Virus record (IMG/VR): IMGVR_UViG_2905984197_000003
Coordinates: 1 to 64,000 of that record
DNA from: a virus
Lineage: Duplodnaviria > Caudoviricetes
DNA: 64,000 nucleotides
Strand: one strand, 5' to 3'
This document shows, in pieces, positions 40,285-49,238 of this stretch; within the stretch, counting starts at the first letter, position 1; each line of letters opens with the position of its first letter. Under the pieces are notes generated by a model that was not told the origin of the DNA, did not search any database, and saw nothing but the letters and a program-made list of their open reading frames with translations. Made by a program: the position numbers and the translations under genes.

Positions 40285-40551
40285 ATGAATACAATCTACA
40301 AATACGAATTGCAAACTATCGAACAACAAACTATATCAATGCCTGTTGGTAGTGAAATATTAAAACTTGATTTACAATTTGGCATCCCTTGTATTTGGGT
40401 TAAAGTTGATACTAATAGCGAATTAGGAGATAGAAATTTCTTCACAGTCGGAACAGGTAATTATCTGCATGATGGTGATTTAGATTTTATTGGAACATAT
40501 CAGTTGTTAGATGGGAATTTTGTCTATCACGTTTTTGAAATCAATTTTTAA
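40285..40551 (+). CDS. Small phage protein of unknown function
   Basis: 88 aa; IYKY...MP.GSEIL...CIWVKVD...GTG...FIGT...VYHVFE pattern, recalled as common in phages. Confidence 0.75.
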   Translation: MNTIYKYELQTIEQQTISMPVGSEILKLDLQFGIPCIWVKVDTNSELGDRNFFTVGTGNYLHDGDLDFIGTYQLLDGNFVYHVFEINF

Positions 40552-40571
40552 CTACCAAATAAAATACTATT

Positions 40572-41012
40572 ATGAAACAGATAGAATTAGAATTACAGAA
40601 AAGACTTCTTGTTGTTGAGTATGTAGACAAAAAAGAAGCTGAATTGGATTTATTAACTCATAAAGCTTTTCCCGAATCTTATAAAACAGTCATTTGTTTA
40701 GGTTCTGAATTAACGGAAGAGATAGCGAAAGGATTGGTTCATCAATCTATTCACACGGGTTTATTTGCTCACTATGTTAAAGATATTCCTGTAAATACAT
40801 ACTGCTATAAATCAGCTTTAGAATCTTTCTCAACAGGGATAAAAAACGAAGGTTATAACATTGGAGGAAATCCCGTTTCATTGGAAAGAGAAAAACATTA
40901 TAGGGATTTCGGAAATACTTTTGTTGCTGATGGAATCCTTAGGTCTTGGCAAGAAGCTGATCGCCGAACCTTCAACCCAGAGAAAACATTAATATTTGAA
41001 ATACTATTATGA
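40572..41012 (+). CDS. Hypothetical protein
   Basis: 146 aa, ATGA overlap with the next gene. Confidence 0.7.
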   Translation: MKQIELELQKRLLVVEYVDKKEAELDLLTHKAFPESYKTVICLGSELTEEIAKGLVHQSIHTGLFAHYVKDIPVNTYCYKSALESFSTGIKNEGYNIGGNPVSLEREKHYRDFGNTFVADGILRSWQEADRRTFNPEKTLIFEILL

Positions 41013-41374
41013 GCAGATTAGAAGAGATAAAAGACAAGTATGCTAAAACCAAACAATTCGACAATTGGACAGATTTCATAAATGATGAATCGCATTGGAT
41101 GGTTGAAAAACACATGGATAAAGTTTGCGAAATCTACGCAAAAGAATGTTCTCAGGCTTCTTTGGAGAAAGCGAAAAAAGACCTTTATAATTATTGGATA
41201 TTTTTTGAAGAAGGCAAAACCAATTCACCTGAATTCACAATTAAAGTAGAAGATCCTGCAAAAGTTTATAACACCGCTTATGAAGCTTATGGTCCACAAG
41301 TAGAAGATTTATTTTACAGCTGTGTATCTCATGAAGAATCAATCACCAACCCTGAAAACATTGTACTCCTTTAA
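41009..41374 (+). CDS. Hypothetical protein
   Basis: 121 aa, translationally coupled to the previous gene. Confidence 0.7.
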   Translation: MSRLEEIKDKYAKTKQFDNWTDFINDESHWMVEKHMDKVCEIYAKECSQASLEKAKKDLYNYWIFFEEGKTNSPEFTIKVEDPAKVYNTAYEAYGPQVEDLFYSCVSHEESITNPENIVLL

Positions 41375-41405
41375 TTTTTGACGAATTGGAACTAAAATAA
41401 ACGAT

Positions 41406-41833
41406 ATGGAAAATACAATTGAAAATGGCTTGAAAAAGAACTGCAGCCAAGAAGTATATCTCTTTGGGGATCTGTAGCTCAAACCGATTTTGTTCCTGAG
41501 TTATGTTCAGAGTTTGAAGGTGATGGTCAACAATTAATTTATTTTGGAACCGTAAACCAACGTCCTCGCTATTGGCTGATGAGAATTGATTCTAAGCATG
41601 ATATTGAAAGTGAAGAGTTCAGTGATAAAATTGAAGAAATAGTTATTGAACCATTGTGTGAGGAATTTGGAGAGACAAAATGGCTAAGTGAGGAAAACTT
41701 TACAATGGAAAAAAATAGAAAAGGATTCAGTGATTATGATGTAGAAGAATTTGACAATTACAATGAATGGATGGAAGAATATTCAGTGCTGAAAATGGTG
41801 ATTGTTTGGGTGAAAATTATCTTGGAAGTTTAA
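41406..41833 (+). pseudogene. Frameshifted hypothetical gene
   Basis: ATG at 41406 (MENTIE) joins the open frame KWLEKELQPR...MRIDSK if one A is added in GAAAATGG (about 41421..41428). Confidence 0.55.
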
Positions 41834-42024
41834 CAAATGCAAAACTTACTAAAGTGATTCTTACAATCGCTCATCTTGACCATGATAAAGAGAATTGGGA
41901 AGTGAAAGATGAAAGATTGAAGGCACTTTGCCAAAGATGTCATTTGGTTTTAGATAAAGACCATCACGCAGAAAATAGAAGAAACACAATTAGCAAAAAG
42001 AAAGGATTAGAACCACTTTTTTAA
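41767..42024 (+). CDS. HNH-like protein, probably a C-terminal fragment
   Basis: LTIAHLDHD...LKALCQRCHL HNH-type motif without the N-terminal CxxC. Confidence 0.55.
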   Translation: MDGRIFSAENGDCLGENYLGSLTNAKLTKVILTIAHLDHDKENWEVKDERLKALCQRCHLVLDKDHHAENRRNTISKKKGLEPLF

Positions 42025-42067
42025 GCTGACATCTTACTGTCTAAAAAACAATTTAAAAATAATTACA

Positions 42068-42364
42068 ATGGCAAGCAAAAATAAGCAAGAGTGCAAAGAA
42101 CAGTTTCTTGAACATTTTAAAATGACTGAAGAGGATTTGTCTGTAATATGGCGATGGTTCTTAGAATATGGCATGACTAGAGGTCAGAACGAAAACAAAC
42201 CACACCAATGTAGAGCAAATCATTACTTCTTACAGGAGATATCGGAACGCTTCACTGTAAATTGGAAAGAGTGGAATAAGAAATTATCTCCAGAACTAAA
42301 AATATTAGTAATAAACTTATACCCACAATTGATGGTTAAGAATTACGATTTTGAATGGTTGTAA
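42068..42364 (+). CDS. Hypothetical protein
   Basis: 98 aa, ATG start in the island operon. Confidence 0.7.
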   Translation: MASKNKQECKEQFLEHFKMTEEDLSVIWRWFLEYGMTRGQNENKPHQCRANHYFLQEISERFTVNWKEWNKKLSPELKILVINLYPQLMVKNYDFEWL

Positions 42365-42449
42365 AAATATTTAGTTTTCATGGTTTAGTTTTATCCTCGG
42401 CTACGGAAAACCACAATGAAAAACAATAACATCAACTTAATTTTATAGC

Positions 42450-42674
42450 ATGAAAGAATTTAAAATTGAAGGACAACCGAATTTAATCCTTGAAGTTGTC
42501 AGGGCTTTAAAGTACAATTCTTCAGGGATTGGTTTACGAAAGCTTTACGACATCAAAATAGAAAGAAAATCATATTTCAATAATAAAATAATATTCACGG
42601 CTAAAGAAGGAAGAGAAATCAATACTCAACACTTTTTTTACTTAGCACTAGACATCAACTTAACAATATCATGA
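42450..42674 (+). CDS. Hypothetical protein
   Basis: 74 aa, ATGA overlap with the next gene. Confidence 0.6.
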   Translation: MKEFKIEGQPNLILEVVRALKYNSSGIGLRKLYDIKIERKSYFNNKIIFTAKEGREINTQHFFYLALDINLTIS

Positions 42675-43060
42675 AAACTCTACTACTTTTACTTACATTA
42701 ATTTTCTTCACATCTTGCACTGATGAGAGAGAATCTGAACACTTCCAACCTCAGCACCAAATAATGGTGAATTTCGAGGCTAAAAAAGGTTCGGAAGGAG
42801 GAAATAATTTGCAATTAGCAAATGATAATGAAACTAATATTGTAGAGAAGATTATCAGGAATCAAGAATTGCCCGAAAATATTAATTATCAAACTGTTTG
42901 CTCCGGTTCTAATGACAAAGGTTTGCAATTCGCTTACATTGAGATCAAAGGTGAGCTAAAAGGATTATTTCTCGCTGTTTTTGATGAAAATAGATTGATG
43001 GTTTTCAGAATAGAAAGCTTTTCCGGAAATTGTCTGCTAAAATGGGTTAGCGAAGTTTAG
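42671..43060 (+). CDS. Putative lipoprotein
   Basis: MKTLLLLLTLIFFTS-C signal peptide II followed by acidic residues. Confidence 0.75.
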   Translation: MKTLLLLLTLIFFTSCTDERESEHFQPQHQIMVNFEAKKGSEGGNNLQLANDNETNIVEKIIRNQELPENINYQTVCSGSNDKGLQFAYIEIKGELKGLFLAVFDENRLMVFRIESFSGNCLLKWVSEV

Positions 43061-43102
43061 TATATTTACTGTTAAATAAATTTTTAATTAAACGAATTAC
43101 CA

Positions 43103-43393
43103 ATGAACGCACAAACAATTTTTAACAAATTAAGACCAAATACTTTAGAAGTAATTGTTACAGACCTACAAAAACAGTTAAAATCTTTAGATGACTTTCT
43201 GTCAACAAGCGATAAGCCTGATCCCAATGACAACGCTGAGAAATTTAAAGAAATTAGAGATTTAGAGCTTTTAGCTGTCAAAGCTTTTAATTTTGTTTCT
43301 GCAGAGAAACAATTAGAGCCATATAAATTATGTGAAAAAAGCGAATCTTATTTACAATTAGACAATGTCAAAAAAAATAATCTACCACGTTAA
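43103..43393 (+). CDS. Hypothetical protein
   Basis: 96 aa. Confidence 0.6.
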   Translation: MNAQTIFNKLRPNTLEVIVTDLQKQLKSLDDFLSTSDKPDPNDNAEKFKEIRDLELLAVKAFNFVSAEKQLEPYKLCEKSESYLQLDNVKKNNLPR

Positions 43394-43583
43394 ACTCCAC
43401 GAACCAATAGAAGGTAAAGCTGATTTCTTTTTCAGCTCTATTACTGCTATTTATAATACCTTCACTGTTGAACAAATAGGTGTGGCCAGACAGACATTAT
43501 ATCAGCAAAGTCTTAATCCTGGTGATGAGTATAGAACGAAGTTTTGTGTAGTGAAAAAAGAAGAGGTTTTGAATAATAAATAA
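43365..43583 (+). CDS. Hypothetical small protein
   Basis: 72 aa; FFSSITAIY...EQIGVA motif. Confidence 0.65.
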   Translation: MSKKIIYHVKLHEPIEGKADFFFSSITAIYNTFTVEQIGVARQTLYQQSLNPGDEYRTKFCVVKKEEVLNNK

Positions 43584-43589
43584 ATTTAA

Positions 43590-44036
43590 ATGGAAAATAT
43601 AGAATCAAGAATAAAAGATATAGCCATTGGGTTATCTGTTCCATCTGAGAAAATAAAATTAGTTTACGATAACGTAAAATCAAAAGGCATAATGCACGGT
43701 GATGACCTTCGTCAATTGACAGAAATAGGAATGCCTATGGTTAAAGAACTATGTGCTTTATACGGCAAAACCACAACCGAAATTCAGTTAATGGTTCAAA
43801 ATGGTGAAATTGATTTTAAGCATTTTGGAGCCGTTTTCCTATATCTTACTAATGAGGGTGGAATGTTTTATGAGCTAAAAAAGAAGCAATCGCAAATATG
43901 GGGATATCAATACAAGGAAGCTTTGAAACAGATTATTATGAAAGCATACAATGTCGGATGGTTTGATTCTGAAAATAAAGGTCTTGATGATTATTCAGCA
44001 GAAAAATATTATAAAGAAAATTTTGAAAAAATTTAA
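43590..44036 (+). CDS. Stand-alone tape-measure N-terminal-domain paralogue
   Basis: Residues 5-101 align without gaps to TMP residues 135-231 (42/97 identical by hand count). Confidence 0.85.
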   Translation: MENIESRIKDIAIGLSVPSEKIKLVYDNVKSKGIMHGDDLRQLTEIGMPMVKELCALYGKTTTEIQLMVQNGEIDFKHFGAVFLYLTNEGGMFYELKKKQSQIWGYQYKEALKQIIMKAYNVGWFDSENKGLDDYSAEKYYKENFEKI

Positions 44037-44039
44037 TCC

Positions 44040-44429
44040 ATGGATAGTAAAGAATTAAGAATAGGGAACTTCGTAAGCACTTCAATCGACGGAACTGATA
44101 TATATATAGTTGAAGAAATAAAAATGCACGGATTATTTCTTTCAAATCAAAAATCGATAACAGATACAGGCGAAGTTCAATATCATAATATATATCCAAT
44201 ACCATTAACAGCAGATTGGCTTCTGAAATTTGAATTTATTCATTTAGGAATTGGATTTGTATCTCCGGATGATCTTCTTTTCGTGTGTGCTGGAAATAAC
44301 GGGAAGTATGAAGTATTTTTATACAAAGAAGTTGAGGAAGATGTTTATTTAATTCATTGTGAGCAAGTCCACCAACTACAAAACTTATATTTCGCGCTTA
44401 CAGGAAAAGAGTTAAATTTGAATAATTAA
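44040..44429 (+). CDS. Hypothetical phage protein
   Basis: 129 aa; ELRIGN...PIPLT.DWLLKF...VHQLQNLYFALTGKEL pattern, recalled from Bacteroidota phages. Confidence 0.75.
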   Translation: MDSKELRIGNFVSTSIDGTDIYIVEEIKMHGLFLSNQKSITDTGEVQYHNIYPIPLTADWLLKFEFIHLGIGFVSPDDLLFVCAGNNGKYEVFLYKEVEEDVYLIHCEQVHQLQNLYFALTGKELNLNN

Positions 44430-44447
44430 TAACTAAAAATATATAAA

Positions 44448-44678
44448 ATGGAAGAAAAAATTATAACGTTTACGCACGCTGGTGGAGTTAAAAAAGCTTC
44501 ATTTGCAACTTCAGATATTCAAAGCTTCAAAACATCGATAGATAAATGTTTAAAAGGTGAACTTCACGCAATTACACTTACTGATGATGATGGAGTTGAT
44601 TCTATTTACCCGTCTCTTTATCTGCAAAATTGCCATATAGAAATAAAAGATAAACTTGTAAGACATCGAAATCTATAA
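44448..44678 (+). CDS. Hypothetical protein
   Basis: 76 aa, last gene before the terminator. Confidence 0.65.
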   Translation: MEEKIITFTHAGGVKKASFATSDIQSFKTSIDKCLKGELHAITLTDDDGVDSIYPSLYLQNCHIEIKDKLVRHRNL

Positions 44679-44680
44679 AC

Positions 44681-44702
44681 AAAGCCCCAATAAAGGGGCT
44701 TT
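44681..44702. terminator. Bidirectional intrinsic terminator
   Basis: AAAGCCCC-AATAAA-GGGGCTTT between convergent genes. Confidence 0.85.
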
Positions 44703-44706
44703 TATA

Positions 44707-44952
44707 TTATCCAATATCCAAAAGTTGATGAAACCTTTTCCAAAAAGTTTTTGACGTGTTAGGTATTTCTATACCTTCACCTTTTAAAATCATTTTTTCT
44801 CCTTCAATGATTATTACCAAATCATAAACTTTGAAAGTTTTAATTCCACCTTCAACATGTTGGGAAAATGTTTTTCCAGCATTATTCAATACAGATTGAA
44901 CCGTATATGCATTATCATTTTTTACAAATTCTTCTCTTTCTGATTGTTCCAT
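44707..44952 (-). CDS. Hypothetical protein with its own promoter
   Basis: 81 aa; minus-strand TATATTTG about 20 nt upstream of the start. Confidence 0.6.
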   Translation of the reverse strand: MEQSEREEFVKNDNAYTVQSVLNNAGKTFSQHVEGGIKTFKVYDLVIIIEGEKMILKGEGIEIPNTSKTFWKRFHQLLDIG

Positions 44953-45046
44953 GGTTTTAATTTTTCCACAAATATAACAAAAAAGGCACTACTCAAGTTT
45001 ACCAGCAAAACCCTGCTTGCATTAACTACTATACCTAAAAAATAAA

Positions 45047-45064
45047 GCCCCGATTAACCGGGGC
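45047..45064 (-). terminator. Intrinsic terminator
   Basis: GCCCCG-N6-CGGGGC followed by TTTATTTTT on the minus strand. Confidence 0.75.
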
Positions 45065-45084
45065 AGTTAAGAATTTTGAAAAAG

Positions 45085-45116
45085 TTTGCGTAATAACGAA
45101 ATTATATATAATTTTG
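45085..45116 (+). promoter_or_regulatory. Consensus Bacteroidota promoter with no downstream plus-strand ORF
   Basis: TTTG-N20-TAATTTTG. Confidence 0.6.
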
Positions 45117-45171
45117 TGTTACACAATAACGTAATTCTTATAGTTAGCGCTTAAAGAAATACGATAGAAGC

Positions 45172-45267
45172 TTAAAGAAGGAAATTAATCAAGTAAGCTA
45201 TTAGTTTTACCAGTTCGATAGTAATTTTGAGTTCTGGTGATTTTAAAAGTGATTTTAGTTTTTTCAT
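45172..45267 (-). CDS. 31-aa amphipathic/hydrophobic peptide (not in the ORF track)
   Basis: MKKLKSLLKSPELKITIELVKLIAYLINFLL, with an A-rich leader and a downstream terminator. Confidence 0.5.
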   Translation of the reverse strand: MKKLKSLLKSPELKITIELVKLIAYLINFLL

Positions 45268-45705
45268 AAGATTAGATTTTAGAAATTTTTTAATTGATTT
45301 TTGTACATACGTGTACATGTTGATAATGCTATTTATCATTTTATTAATTTTTAATTATTTAATTTATTTGATATAAGAACCCCTCTCATGGTGTTCCGAT
45401 ACACAGAGTTACTTTATCTAATTGCGGATTTGAATTTTTCTTTTACATAAGCTTTACATTTATTCGATTACAAAAAATATCCTTCTTGTCTATTCCCCAA
45501 TATTCCGAAGGGTATTTTTTTTACTTCCTGTCCCAACTGTCTATATTTTAATACTTTAAGTTATTTCTCCGTGAAACAGAGGATAGTGTTTCTATCAATA
45601 GCTACATACAAAGTTAATGTATTGAAGTTGATTTTCAAATGGGCTGCGAGTAATTAGTGAAATTAGTAGATAATAGCGTTTTCTTAATTTCAATCATTTC
45701 TAATG

Positions 45706-45736
45706 CAAATTTAAAGTTTAAATTTCGTAAGTCAAA
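45706..45736 (-). promoter_or_regulatory. Consensus Bacteroidota promoter
   Basis: Minus strand TTTG-N19-TAAATTTG. Confidence 0.6.
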
Positions 45737-45802
45737 AAATCTTAATTTTAAAATTAAGATTAGCCCTCAATGGTAATATACTAGAAAACACAAAAAAGCC
45801 AT

Positions 45803-46855
45803 CTACAAAAGATGGCTAACTTTTTCTTGATTATTCAATATGAAATATGGTTTTGATTTAGCGTTTTGAATCTTCTGCTTATTCTCGGTAACCCAAGAAG
45901 TAAACTGATTAGGAAGTTTAGTAATTGCATCTGCAGGTTCTAAAGGTTTTAATCCTGCGAATATTCTTTCATTATCCTTCTCCATTTCCGCCCAAGTCTT
46001 CAAGATGGTTATTACCGTACATCTGCATTGTGGATGCCAACCCCAAAATTTAAAGTCCTTTGGATATTCCCCCGCCATCGCTTCACAAAACGGGCAATGA
46101 TTAGGATTATTTGAAAGTTTTATTCTAATTCCCTTGACAAAATCAAACTGCTGCATCTTTTGAAAGTTCGCTTCGTGATAAGCAGTATTGTTTTCGGTCC
46201 TGGTTAAACGCTCAGCATTTTTGTAAGATGATCGATAAACACCTTGTCCAGGTTTATAAGCTTTTGCATTTTTAGACAGCACTAAATTACCATGTTTATC
46301 TCTTACTCTTCGAAAGAGTCGATCAGGATCCGTAAGGTTTGCTTTTAATTCTCTTGCAAGTTTGGCAGCAGACTTCCCCTCCCCGATTCCGATATCCAAA
46401 CCTAACTCAATTTCCTTTTTAAATTGCTCAGATAACTTCCAAACCTTATCGGATAACCTCAACCCGTCTATCTTACGATTTTGGAAGGCTTTTAAAGCTT
46501 CTTTATTCGGATTAAGGTATTCTTTCACCTTTTCTTTAGGAAGATTGATTTTTGAGGCTATTTCATTGACTAAAGCTGATTGTTTTTTCTCTCCATACTT
46601 CCAACTCTGTTCGAATTGGTTGAACATTTCCGCAGAAACGTTTTTCGTAAAGCCTTCGAAAAGTTTATCTACTTGTGGTTTTAGTTGTGGATAGTCTTTA
46701 AATGAAAATAGTTTTGTTGTATCTATTTGACCGAGGGAAATAAGCTTTACAATATCTTCGATGAGTTTTTGGTAGAAACTTTTTATCTTACGAACATTAT
46801 ACTCACCTCTTTCAAAGTGAGTATTATCAAAAATATCATCATGAAGATCTGCCAT
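45803..46855 (-). CDS. Head morphogenesis protein (MuF / SPP1 gp7-like)
   Basis: AERLTRTE, CPFC and WHPQCRC motifs; follows the portal gene. Confidence 0.85.
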   Translation of the reverse strand: MADLHDDIFDNTHFERGEYNVRKIKSFYQKLIEDIVKLISLGQIDTTKLFSFKDYPQLKPQVDKLFEGFTKNVSAEMFNQFEQSWKYGEKKQSALVNEIASKINLPKEKVKEYLNPNKEALKAFQNRKIDGLRLSDKVWKLSEQFKKEIELGLDIGIGEGKSAAKLARELKANLTDPDRLFRRVRDKHGNLVLSKNAKAYKPGQGVYRSSYKNAERLTRTENNTAYHEANFQKMQQFDFVKGIRIKLSNNPNHCPFCEAMAGEYPKDFKFWGWHPQCRCTVITILKTWAEMEKDNERIFAGLKPLEPADAITKLPNQFTSWVTENKQKIQNAKSKPYFILNNQEKVSHLL

Positions 46856-46859
46856 TATT

Positions 46860-48272
46860 TTACAACTCTACAGGATTATTAAACACACTCTCAGTTTTCG
46901 CTTTCTCCTGCTCAGCTTCAAGAATTAACCAATCTTCTTTCGGTGCCAATTGCGAAAGCTCAGCAGAATACTCCTGAGAAACTAAAGGCTTGTTTCCGTT
47001 CGCTGTCATGAGTGTTTCAACCCATTCTTTCGTATCTTGAATCATGTAAGGTTTAATCACCGGTTCAAGTTCCAGATTATTTGTAGCATCCGCTAATTTT
47101 AAGTTCAGCAAATTACCAACATAAGACTTTAGGATATTGAAACGTCTCTGGAAGTAATCCTCCCAAATTTCATTCTTCTCCATTACCTTCAAATGAGCAT
47201 CCATAAACAACATTTTAAGCATAATCCCCGACACTTGAGACATTCCTTTAACTTGTCTAAACAAATCAGGTGTTTTAGTGAATTTGTGAATGTTTTCGAG
47301 CCTTGTTTCAATTTCCAAACGAACTGATTCCGGAGCAGCTTCCCAAGAAATAACCTTCATATCAGAACCTAAATCACCCATAATAGCCTTATTCGCTTCT
47401 CCAGCTTGTGGTAAAGACGTAACTGTTCCAGTTATGAATGTTACTGGCGCTGCATGATAATCATTAATCTCAGCATGACGGGAAAATAATAGCTCCAAAC
47501 GTTCGATATCGTACTTCACGTCTTCATATTCGGTTTCTTCCTGAGAAGCATAAACAACAGGGATTTTTCCAATCACATTCTTACCCGCTCCTTCAATAAC
47601 CTCATCGATCCATCCCGCATCTGCTTTTTTAAATCTTCTTACTTCGGTATCTGTATAAGTTTCGAAATATTCGATTGTGTTTCTTTCTTTGTCAATCAAA
47701 GTGAAAGCCCGAGAGAACGCAACCATGTTGTCAAACCCATCAAACATCGGATAAAGAACATCATTCTTCCAAGGAACAAATAACTTTAGTTTAATCCTGA
47801 AGTTACACGGAAAACCATAATCTTCGTGAGTATCTACTTTCTGATAATACCAATACTCAGCGATCTCGGTTGATCGATAAAGTTCCCTTGCTATCTGTCT
47901 ATTCTTGATATTTGCTTTATTCTCAAACAGAATTCTTTCAATAGCTTTTTCGACAACCTCTTCCTGACTACCTTCCTCGGCATTACTTTTAATTGTAACA
48001 GGGTTACCAAAACCAAATGAAACAGCGCTGTTTACGATGTATTTCTGAACTGGAATTGCAATTCTGTTTACGAGTTTAGTTCTTTGAACCTCGCCTTTTT
48101 CGTTTTTAATCTCTTTATCCGGAAGGAAGGTTTTATCTTGAATAGTTCGGTGCTCCGAAACCTTCCATTCTTTTTTAAGATCTTCGATTTTCGGTTTTGC
48201 CGAGCGGTCAACCTTTAGAACTTCGATTTGTTCCGCTGGTGAAGCTTTTTCTGTAATTTCTGCTATGTTCAT
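46860..48272 (-). CDS. Portal protein (SPP1 gp6-like)
   Basis: 470 aa; NRIAIP...FGNPV, IGKIPVVY, TPD and VSGIMLK motifs. Confidence 0.9.
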   Translation of the reverse strand: MNIAEITEKASPAEQIEVLKVDRSAKPKIEDLKKEWKVSEHRTIQDKTFLPDKEIKNEKGEVQRTKLVNRIAIPVQKYIVNSAVSFGFGNPVTIKSNAEEGSQEEVVEKAIERILFENKANIKNRQIARELYRSTEIAEYWYYQKVDTHEDYGFPCNFRIKLKLFVPWKNDVLYPMFDGFDNMVAFSRAFTLIDKERNTIEYFETYTDTEVRRFKKADAGWIDEVIEGAGKNVIGKIPVVYASQEETEYEDVKYDIERLELLFSRHAEINDYHAAPVTFITGTVTSLPQAGEANKAIMGDLGSDMKVISWEAAPESVRLEIETRLENIHKFTKTPDLFRQVKGMSQVSGIMLKMLFMDAHLKVMEKNEIWEDYFQRRFNILKSYVGNLLNLKLADATNNLELEPVIKPYMIQDTKEWVETLMTANGNKPLVSQEYSAELSQLAPKEDWLILEAEQEKAKTESVFNNPVEL

Positions 48273-48277
48273 GAGGA

Positions 48278-48469
48278 TTATTTCTTTTCGTTAAAACACT
48301 TCGAGATAAATTCAGCGTGTTCTAATGCTTCGTTTTTCTCTTTTGTTTGTGTTATTTCATCTTCCGTTTGAATGTAAGGAACAACAGCAATTTTATATTT
48401 ACCACCTAATTCAGTTCCTATAACGTTCCAAGCTGATTTACTTTTCGAGTGTTTCACTATTGTCTTCAT
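48278..48469 (-). CDS. Hypothetical protein
   Basis: 63 aa between terL and portal. Confidence 0.6.
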   Translation of the reverse strand: MKTIVKHSKSKSAWNVIGTELGGKYKIAVVPYIQTEDEITQTKEKNEALEHAEFISKCFNEKK

Positions 48470-48591
48470 ACCTTATTTTTTCCTATTACCTTAGTTTTCG
48501 CAGCTTCCAATGAAGCAAACTTTATTTCCGGAGTATTGTAGATCAAATGATCTGTAGCTGTCCAGTTGGCTTTTATTTCTTATAAACTCAT
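48466..48591 (-). pseudogene. Small gene with a premature stop
   Basis: MSL*EIKANWTATDHLIYNTPEIKFASLEAAKTKVIGKNKV*, with ATGA overlaps at both ends and TAA at codon 4. Confidence 0.5.
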
Positions 48592-48998
48592 GATTTTAAT
48601 TTAATAAAACCACATTCAATTTGATCTTTAACTGATATACCATTCCACCAGTAAGCGTAACCAAGCTCACGAACCTTATCAATGATATTTGCCCATTCCC
48701 AACCTTTTACTGTTGTTATTTTAGATATACTTAAAAGAATTTCTTTTGTTTGAGCAATCATTGATGATTCGAGAATATTTCTTTGCCAAAGAAGCAATTC
48801 AGCAATTTTTAAAACATCTTCGTCTGTGATACTTTCAAGTGATTTTAACTTCAAATGACTTTCTTCAATCCTATACATATTCGATGCTTCAATCGGACAT
48901 AGAATGCGATCTCCACCATTTGTCAAATCCGATAAAACTCTCTGTCCCCAATATTGAGCAAAAAATTTTGCTTTGTTTTCAATCGAAATATTCATCAT
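48588..48998 (-). CDS. Hypothetical phage protein
   Basis: 136 aa; KAKFFAQYWGQ and LKSLESITDED motifs. Confidence 0.7.
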   Translation of the reverse strand: MMNISIENKAKFFAQYWGQRVLSDLTNGGDRILCPIEASNMYRIEESHLKLKSLESITDEDVLKIAELLLWQRNILESSMIAQTKEILLSISKITTVKGWEWANIIDKVRELGYAYWWNGISVKDQIECGFIKLKS

Positions 48999-49210
48999 CG
49001 TTTATTTATTTTAAATGAAACAGCCTTTCCAGCGATATCGTAAGTCATTCCAAAACGCAATTCACATTCACATTGAATGGTCGTACATCCCGATTTGTTT
49101 TTGTTGCATCTTTCAAGATAAATATCCTCTGAATCATCATAAGGTTTTTCACAATGAGGACATTTAAAGTTTGTTTTTGCGTATGAAATATGAATTATGG
49201 CATTTTTCAT
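48995..49210 (-). CDS. Small zinc-finger-like protein
   Basis: CPHC...CEC motifs. Confidence 0.65.
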   Translation of the reverse strand: MKNAIIHISYAKTNFKCPHCEKPYDDSEDIYLERCNKNKSGCTTIQCECELRFGMTYDIAGKAVSFKINKR

Positions 49211-49238
49211 CGTCTTTTATTTTTAGGTTTAATTTTAA

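Noticed and set aside
48466-48591. Stop-codon reassignment in this phage
   Set aside because: Long genes are intact under the standard bacterial code and use all three stops; isolated internal stops fit pseudogenes better.
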